Position numbers and translations under genes: made by a program | DNA from: Acidimicrobiia bacterium | GTDB lineage: Bacteria; Actinomycetota; Acidimicrobiia; Spongiisociales; ZC4RG35 | NCBI GenBank assembly: GCA_965203555.1 | Contig: CBDBCY010000004.1 | Location: forward strand, 1,760,001-1,824,000 | Direction: 5' to 3' | Length of the DNA: 64,000 nucleotides | In this document: one piece after another, positions 58,182 through 64,000 of the stretch | How positions within the stretch are numbered: position 1 is the stretch's first letter | Layout of the letters: the number at the start of each line of letters is the position of its first letter | Notes under the pieces: generated by a model | What the model saw: the letters and a program-made list of their open reading frames with translations, nothing else | Told to the model about the DNA's origin: nothing | Databases searched by the model: none

Positions 58182-60302
58182 ATGAAATCTTCCGGCTCGC
58201 CTGCGGCCACCTATCGCATCGGGGTCGACATCGGAGGCACTTTCACCGACCTGCTGCTGATCGACGACCGCGCCGGGTATACGCAGGTGGGTAAGGTGCT
58301 GACCACTCCTGACGACCCTTCCCGGGGTGTGGAGGAGGTGCTCGTGCAGGCCCTGGAACGGGGCAGCCTGGATGCTTCTCAGATCAGGCACCTGGTCCAT
58401 GGAACAACTCTGGTCACCAACGCCATAATCGAACGCAAAGGTGCTCGCACCGCCCTGCTGACCACCAAGGGATTCCGGGATTCGGTGGAGATAGGGCGGG
58501 AGCACCGGTATGAGCTCTACGACCTGTTCCTAGAGTTGCCCCGGCCCTTGACCCCTCGCCACCTCCGCTTTGACATTGCGGAGCGGACCCTGGCCGGCGG
58601 GGAACGGATCCAGGAAGTGGATGAAGCCATGGTCGAAGCCTTGGCGACCGAATTGGCCGATCGTGGGATCGAGGCGGTGGCCATCAGCTTCCTGCACAGT
58701 TTCACCAATCCGACCAATGAACAGGCCGCCCACCGGGCGGTCAACCGAGCGGCGCCAGAATTGCGGGTCTCGATTTCCTCGGAGGTGGCGCCCGAGATAC
58801 GGGAGTACGAACGCACCTCCACCACCATCGCCAACGTCTACGTCCAACCCCTGGCTGAGCAATACCTGCAGGACCTGGAGGGACGATTGGACGACCTGGG
58901 GTTTGGGGGATCGTTCTTCGTGATGCTGTCGTCAGGAGGCATCGCCACCGTGGATACCGCCACTCGCTTCCCGATCAGACTTCTCGAATCCGGCCCCGCC
59001 GCCGGGGCCTTGGCAGCCGCCACTCTCGGCGCGGAAGTGGGGGTGGCAGACCTGCTTTCCTTCGATATGGGCGGCACAACCGCCAAGCTGTGCGTGATAT
59101 CGGAAGGGCGTCCGGAGGTCACCTACGACTTTGAAGTAGACAGGCGATACCGCTTCCGCAAAGGTTCAGGCCTTCCGGTCAAGACCCCGGTCATCGAGAT
59201 GATCGAGATCGGGGCAGGAGGAGGATCGATCGCTCGTATCAACCAACTCGGACTCCTCAAGATCGGCCCGGAATCGGCCGGTTCGGACCCCGGCCCGGTC
59301 TGCTACAGTCTGGGTGGCACTCAACCCACCGTCACCGACGCCGACATCACTCTGGGTTATCTGGATCCCGACTACTTCCTGGGCGGGCGCATGACGTTGG
59401 ATGCCGAAGCTGCCCGCCGCGCCATCACAGCCGAGATCGCCGAGCCGCTGGGACTGTCGGTCACCGACGCCGCCTGGGGCATCCACCAGCTGGTGAACGA
59501 GAACATGGCCAACGCCGCCCGGGTGCATGTGGTGGAGCGGGGCAAGAACCCGCAGGCGCTGCCGGTCATCGCCTTTGGAGGAGCGGGACCGGTCCACGGG
59601 TACCGGGTAGCCGAGTTGACCGGGTGTTCGAGCCTGATACTCCCCCCGTCCGCCGGGGTCACCTCCGCCTTGGGCTTCCTGGTGGCGCCCCTGGCCTTCG
59701 ACTTCGTCCGGTCCTATTACGCCCGACTGGACGATCTCGACTGGGATTATCTGAACCAGATGTTCGCGGACCTCCAGCGTCAGGGAACCCGCCTGTTGAC
59801 CGAGTCGGGCGCCGCCCCCGACGAGATCACCCATACCCGCAGCGTCGACATCCGCTACATCGGACAGGGCCATGAGGTACGGGTCCCGGTTGCCGGCGGC
59901 GTACTGTGCCCCGGGGACCAGCAGGCATTGCATGAGCAATTCGATCGAGTTTATCGGGGTCTCTACGGGCGTTCGGGCCCGGACGTGGGATTGGAAGCCC
60001 TGACCTGGAGGGTGATAAGCGCCGGGCCGGCGCCCGCCACCACTCGCCAGGCAACCGGTGGACGCGGCGGGGAGCGGGCGGCTCTCAAGGGAAGCAGACC
60101 CGCCTACTTCCCCGAATACGCAGGGTTCCGGGATACCCCCGTCTACGACCGGTACCAGCTGCGAGAGGGTGACCGGATTGAGGGACCGGCCATCATCGAA
60201 GAACGGGAGTCGACCGCCGTGATCGGCCCCGACAGCGAAATCCGGGTGGACGCCCGGCTCAACCTGGTGGTGTCACTCGAACGCAGGGACCAGGCAGAAT
60301 GA
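58182..60302 (+). CDS. Hydantoinase/oxoprolinase subunit A
   Basis: GVDIGGTFTD, HGTT, ESGPAAG, DMGGTT, GAGGGS, PTVTDAD. Confidence 0.95.
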   Translation: MKSSGSPAATYRIGVDIGGTFTDLLLIDDRAGYTQVGKVLTTPDDPSRGVEEVLVQALERGSLDASQIRHLVHGTTLVTNAIIERKGARTALLTTKGFRDSVEIGREHRYELYDLFLELPRPLTPRHLRFDIAERTLAGGERIQEVDEAMVEALATELADRGIEAVAISFLHSFTNPTNEQAAHRAVNRAAPELRVSISSEVAPEIREYERTSTTIANVYVQPLAEQYLQDLEGRLDDLGFGGSFFVMLSSGGIATVDTATRFPIRLLESGPAAGALAAATLGAEVGVADLLSFDMGGTTAKLCVISEGRPEVTYDFEVDRRYRFRKGSGLPVKTPVIEMIEIGAGGGSIARINQLGLLKIGPESAGSDPGPVCYSLGGTQPTVTDADITLGYLDPDYFLGGRMTLDAEAARRAITAEIAEPLGLSVTDAAWGIHQLVNENMANAARVHVVERGKNPQALPVIAFGGAGPVHGYRVAELTGCSSLILPPSAGVTSALGFLVAPLAFDFVRSYYARLDDLDWDYLNQMFADLQRQGTRLLTESGAAPDEITHTRSVDIRYIGQGHEVRVPVAGGVLCPGDQQALHEQFDRVYRGLYGRSGPDVGLEALTWRVISAGPAPATTRQATGGRGGERAALKGSRPAYFPEYAGFRDTPVYDRYQLREGDRIEGPAIIEERESTAVIGPDSEIRVDARLNLVVSLERRDQAE

Positions 60303-62035
60303 GCGGTACGGACCCCATCTTCCTGGAGATGCTGTGGAACCGTCTCCTGTCGGTGGTGAACGAACAGCAAGTGGCCCTGATGCGCACGGCTTTCAGCACC
60401 ATCGTCCGGGAGACGCAGGACCTGGCCTGCGGGGTGTTCAATACCGAAGGCGCCATGGTCGCCCAGTCCCTCACCGGCACCCCCGGTCACATCAATGCCA
60501 TGGCCACCGGGATGCGTCATCTGCTGGATGAATACCCCCCCGAGCGGTTGTCGGAGGGTGATGTGATCCTCACCAACGATCCCTGGATGACCGCCGGGCA
60601 GATCAACGACATCACGGTGGCCACTCCCGTGTTCCGGCAGGGCCGGATAGTGGGATACTTCGCCAACACCTGCCACGCCGCCGACATCGGCGGGCGGATC
60701 CTCTCCGCCGAGGCCCGGGAGGTCTACGAGGAAGGGCTGCGCCTGCCCATCATGAAGCTGTTCCGGAAAGGGAACATCAACCGGGACCTCATCAAATTGA
60801 TCCGGGCCAACGTCCGCACCCCCGACGAGACGGTCGGTGATCTCTACGCCCAGACCACCAGCAACGAGGTGGGCGCCCGGGCGTTACTCAAATTCATGGA
60901 CGAGTTCAGCCTCGACTCCATAGATCCGGTGGCGAGGGACATCATGGACCGCTCCGAAGAAGCGATGCGACGCTCGATCGAGACGGTCCCCAACGGTCGG
61001 TACGAACATGAAACTTGGAGCGACGGATTCGAGGAACCCATAAAGATAAAGGTGGCGGTTACCGTCGCCGACCGGGACATCCACATTGATTTCGCGGGTT
61101 CCTCCCCTCAGAGCCGCCGGGGGATCAACGTGGTGTTCAACTACACCCACGCCTACGCCTCCTTTGCCATGAAGGCGGCCGTGAGCCCCGAGGTTCCCCA
61201 CAACGAAGGCGCCTTCCGACCCGTCCACGTGTCGGCGCCGCCCGGGTCCATTTTCAACTGCCAACCGCCGGCCGCGGTCGCCTCGCGGCACATCCTGGGG
61301 CACTTTTTACCGGGAGTGATCTTCGGGGCGCTGGCCGAGGCTCTTCCCCTGATGGCCGCCGGTTCCGATCCGATCTGGATCAGTGTCTTCCGGGGCCGCC
61401 CGCCGGGAAAAAAGGACCTGTTCACCTTCAGCCTCTTCCAGTGCGGAGGAGGAGGCGCCCGGGTGAGCAAGGACGGACTCAGCGCAACCGGGTTCCCGAG
61501 CGGGGTGGCCGGCGTGCCGGCCGAAGCCGTCGAAACCTTGTCGTCACTTGTGCAGCACCGCCGGCAACTCCGAGCAGATTCCGGCGGACCGGGGCGTTTC
61601 CGGGGAGGCTTGGGACAATACACGGAGATGGGATGCCGCACCGACCGGGCTTGGACCATCTCCGCCATGGTGGACCGGATCCGCCATCCCCCGGAGGGGA
61701 TGCTGGGAGGAGGGCCCGGCGCTCGGGGCCAACTGCTCCTCGACGGCCAGGACGAGGGCCAGCCCAAGGCGCTTCTAACCCTGCAGCAGGACCAGCGGGT
61801 GCAGCTCAATCTGCCCGGCGGCGGAGGCTTCGGCGACCCATTGGACCGTGACCTGCAAGCGGTGCTGGCCGACGTGGTGGAGGGTTACGTCACCATAGCA
61901 GGCGCCGAGCGGGACTACGGAGTGGTGATCCGGTACACGGGCGCCCCCGACCAGATGGTCCGCCTGCCCGAGGACTATACGCTGGACACAGAAGCCACAG
62001 AACAACTGCGAGCGGGGCGCCGGCGTTCCGTATAG
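60299..62035 (+). CDS. Hydantoinase B/oxoprolinase subunit
   Basis: RTAFSTIVRE, NDPW, HAADIGG, DSGGPGRFRGGLG, PGGGGFGDP. Confidence 0.95.
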   Translation: MSGTDPIFLEMLWNRLLSVVNEQQVALMRTAFSTIVRETQDLACGVFNTEGAMVAQSLTGTPGHINAMATGMRHLLDEYPPERLSEGDVILTNDPWMTAGQINDITVATPVFRQGRIVGYFANTCHAADIGGRILSAEAREVYEEGLRLPIMKLFRKGNINRDLIKLIRANVRTPDETVGDLYAQTTSNEVGARALLKFMDEFSLDSIDPVARDIMDRSEEAMRRSIETVPNGRYEHETWSDGFEEPIKIKVAVTVADRDIHIDFAGSSPQSRRGINVVFNYTHAYASFAMKAAVSPEVPHNEGAFRPVHVSAPPGSIFNCQPPAAVASRHILGHFLPGVIFGALAEALPLMAAGSDPIWISVFRGRPPGKKDLFTFSLFQCGGGGARVSKDGLSATGFPSGVAGVPAEAVETLSSLVQHRRQLRADSGGPGRFRGGLGQYTEMGCRTDRAWTISAMVDRIRHPPEGMLGGGPGARGQLLLDGQDEGQPKALLTLQQDQRVQLNLPGGGGFGDPLDRDLQAVLADVVEGYVTIAGAERDYGVVIRYTGAPDQMVRLPEDYTLDTEATEQLRAGRRRSV

Positions 62036-62045
62036 TCAGAAGGCA

Positions 62046-62444
62046 ATGAGCGACCTGCCCGCCACCAATGGAGAAGAAGCCCGCCGGTGGATGGAACGCG
62101 CCGAAGACGCTCTCGACACGGCCGCTTATGTCGCCGGGAAGGAAAACTGGCATATGGCCTGTCATTTGCTGGTCGTAGCCGCGGAGACCGCCATTGAGGC
62201 CGCTCACATCGCCGCAGACACTCCCGTTCCCCGGAAGCACATTCGGGACCTGCTTTCGACTTGTCCCGTGATCGCCATTCGAGAAACCGTGTACGAAACC
62301 TACAACAGAACCGCCCTCAACCGGTTCTCGAGGTTTTACTACGCGAGGTATCCGGATGGAGAGGACGCTGATCAGGGTAGTTACCTGTGGTGTTCCCAGG
62401 TCGCTCAGAGGATCGTCCGGTCTGTCGGGGAAGCGTTGCCATGA
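62046..62444 (+). CDS. HEPN domain protein
   Basis: ARRWMERAEDAL, ACH..AAETAI, PRKH, ARYP. Confidence 0.75.
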   Translation: MSDLPATNGEEARRWMERAEDALDTAAYVAGKENWHMACHLLVVAAETAIEAAHIAADTPVPRKHIRDLLSTCPVIAIRETVYETYNRTALNRFSRFYYARYPDGEDADQGSYLWCSQVAQRIVRSVGEALP

Positions 62445-62902
62445 GTCTTCCTCCCATAGTCGGAGAAGAAGCCGGAGGCCGTCCCCCGCCGGATGTTCCG
62501 CTGCCCGACCGAAACATCCGCGAGGAGCAGGAGAAAGCGCTGCGGAGAGACCTTTCGCTTCCCTATCCGGGTCTGCCGCGGGACTACGTGGATGAGGCGT
62601 TGGCGGCGACGCGGTTGTTCGACCCCGACAAGGTGTATCTGTTCGGATCGGTGGTTCGCGGAGACGACACGATACACTCCGACATCGATCTGCTGGTGGC
62701 GGTGGACGCCCTTCCCCGGATCAGCTGGAGGGATTGGTCCTCCGCTATCCGTCGCGCGGCGCGGCGCTACTGTCCTTTCGAAGTGGACGCGAAGATGACG
62801 GATGTGGAGGACTTGGAACGTCGCAAGAACGTGGTCACCAGTCCATGTATGTGGGTACGGAAAGAGGGCATCCTGCTCCACGACAGAGATGCCCGCCCAT
62901 GA
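62441..62902 (+). CDS. Minimal nucleotidyltransferase (MNT)
   Basis: LFGSVVRGD...SDIDLLV, VD, EGILL; ATGA overlap with HEPN. Confidence 0.85.
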   Translation: MSLPPIVGEEAGGRPPPDVPLPDRNIREEQEKALRRDLSLPYPGLPRDYVDEALAATRLFDPDKVYLFGSVVRGDDTIHSDIDLLVAVDALPRISWRDWSSAIRRAARRYCPFEVDAKMTDVEDLERRKNVVTSPCMWVRKEGILLHDRDARP

Positions 62903-64000
62903 GTGTCTGTGATCCGGTGCGAGTTGGCGTGGTGGGCGCCAGCCCGCCGGGATTCGGAGATCGCGCCCATCTGCCTGCGGTGCAGTCCGCGCCGGGGCTG
63001 ACGTTGGAGGCGGTATGCACCACGCGGGAGGAGACGGCCCGAGCTGCCGCCGAGAAGTGGGGCGCCCGAAAGTGGTATGCCGGAGTTGACGATCTCTGCA
63101 AAGACCCCAATGTTGATCTCGTCACCGTGGCGGTTCGGCCTCGTCTGCACCACCCGTTGACGATGGCCGCTCTGCGGGCGGGCAAGCCGGTGTTCTGCGA
63201 ATGGCCCTTGGCGCTCGACACCGCCCAGGCGGTGGAGATGAGATCGGCGGCAGAGCAGGGCGCTATTCCCACCGCAGTAGGGTTGCAGGGAAGGTTCGCC
63301 CCGGCGGTGGCCTGGGCGAGGCGCCTGGTGACAGACGGAGCGGTCGGACGGCCTCTTTCGTTCGTGGTCTCCCAGATGCTGTCGAAATTCGACGTGGACC
63401 GCGACCGGGCCTGGCTGGTGCGCCACGAGGAGGCCAGCGGGGCGCTGTTCGTGGCCTTTGGTCATGTGATGGACTCGGTTCGTTTCATTCTGGGAGAGGT
63501 GGAGAACATCTCCGCCCGGCAGATGACCCTGTCTCCGGCAGGGGTATACACCGACGGTGGGACTTTTGAGTGGAGGACCGCCGACACCGTGATGGCCATG
63601 GCCGAGGTGGTCGGGGGAATCGTGGGGACGGCTTACGTCTCCAACACAACTTCACCTCCCCAGGGGTATTCCCTGCGGATCATCGGAGAGGAAGGTCAAA
63701 TCGTCCTGGGGGCGCCTTCCTACTACCAGTTCAGCCCGGTGCGGGTGTCAAGGGGACCCCTCCAGGTTTCGGTGGGCCGAGGAATATCGGACCGTTTGGA
63801 AGAAGTAGAGATTCCCGCCGGGTTTTTCTCGGACATGCCGGTCACCGAAGGGCACTCTGCCTACAACGTGGCCAGAGCTATAAGCGACTTCGCCAACTCG
63901 ATCCGGGAGGGACGGCGCTTTCGACCCGACTTCGCGGACGGAGTGGCCCTCCACCACCTCCTTGACGCCGCCATGACCTCCAGCCGGGAAGGGCGAAGGG
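62899..64000 (+). CDS. Gfo/Idh/MocA family oxidoreductase, runs off window end
   Basis: Manual translation: MSVCDPVRVGVVGA..AHLPA..AGKPVFCEWPLA..GLQGRF..FGH..PDFADG. Confidence 0.9.
   Translation, partial: MSVCDPVRVGVVGASPPGFGDRAHLPAVQSAPGLTLEAVCTTREETARAAAEKWGARKWYAGVDDLCKDPNVDLVTVAVRPRLHHPLTMAALRAGKPVFCEWPLALDTAQAVEMRSAAEQGAIPTAVGLQGRFAPAVAWARRLVTDGAVGRPLSFVVSQMLSKFDVDRDRAWLVRHEEASGALFVAFGHVMDSVRFILGEVENISARQMTLSPAGVYTDGGTFEWRTADTVMAMAEVVGGIVGTAYVSNTTSPPQGYSLRIIGEEGQIVLGAPSYYQFSPVRVSRGPLQVSVGRGISDRLEEVEIPAGFFSDMPVTEGHSAYNVARAISDFANSIREGRRFRPDFADGVALHHLLDAAMTSSREGRR

Overview
GC-rich bacterial DNA, probably actinobacterial and Acidimicrobiia-like (inferred from gene content, IS remnants and the Thr/Glu-rich ABC lipoprotein). 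A large catabolic region lies at ~1-7.6 kb and ~31.8-64 kb. It holds a TetR regulator, six luciferase-like monooxygenases, a flavin reductase, two enoyl-CoA hydratases, three acyl-CoA ligases, two VOC proteins, a peptide-type ABC importer, an amidase, a deacylase, a P450, an unusual two-subunit B12 acyl-CoA mutase and hydantoinase A/B. A ~22 kb defence island (~9-31.2 kb) interrupts it. The island carries a macrodomain fusion, McrBC, a Fic protein, a truncated McrA-like gene and a visibly lower-GC phosphorothioation locus. That locus is sspABCD, tightly coupled to a four-gene module (PLD-SF2 helicase, small helical protein, CxC/DndD-like SMC ATPase, dnd-associated-4/DndE-like protein), followed by sspE. 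This hybrid PT locus is the best candidate for an undescribed system; the divergent mutase pathway is second. Several single-base frameshifts, mostly in short homopolymers, suggest long-read sequencing errors. No rRNA, tRNA or CRISPR array was seen. Family calls come from motif recognition by eye, not database searches.
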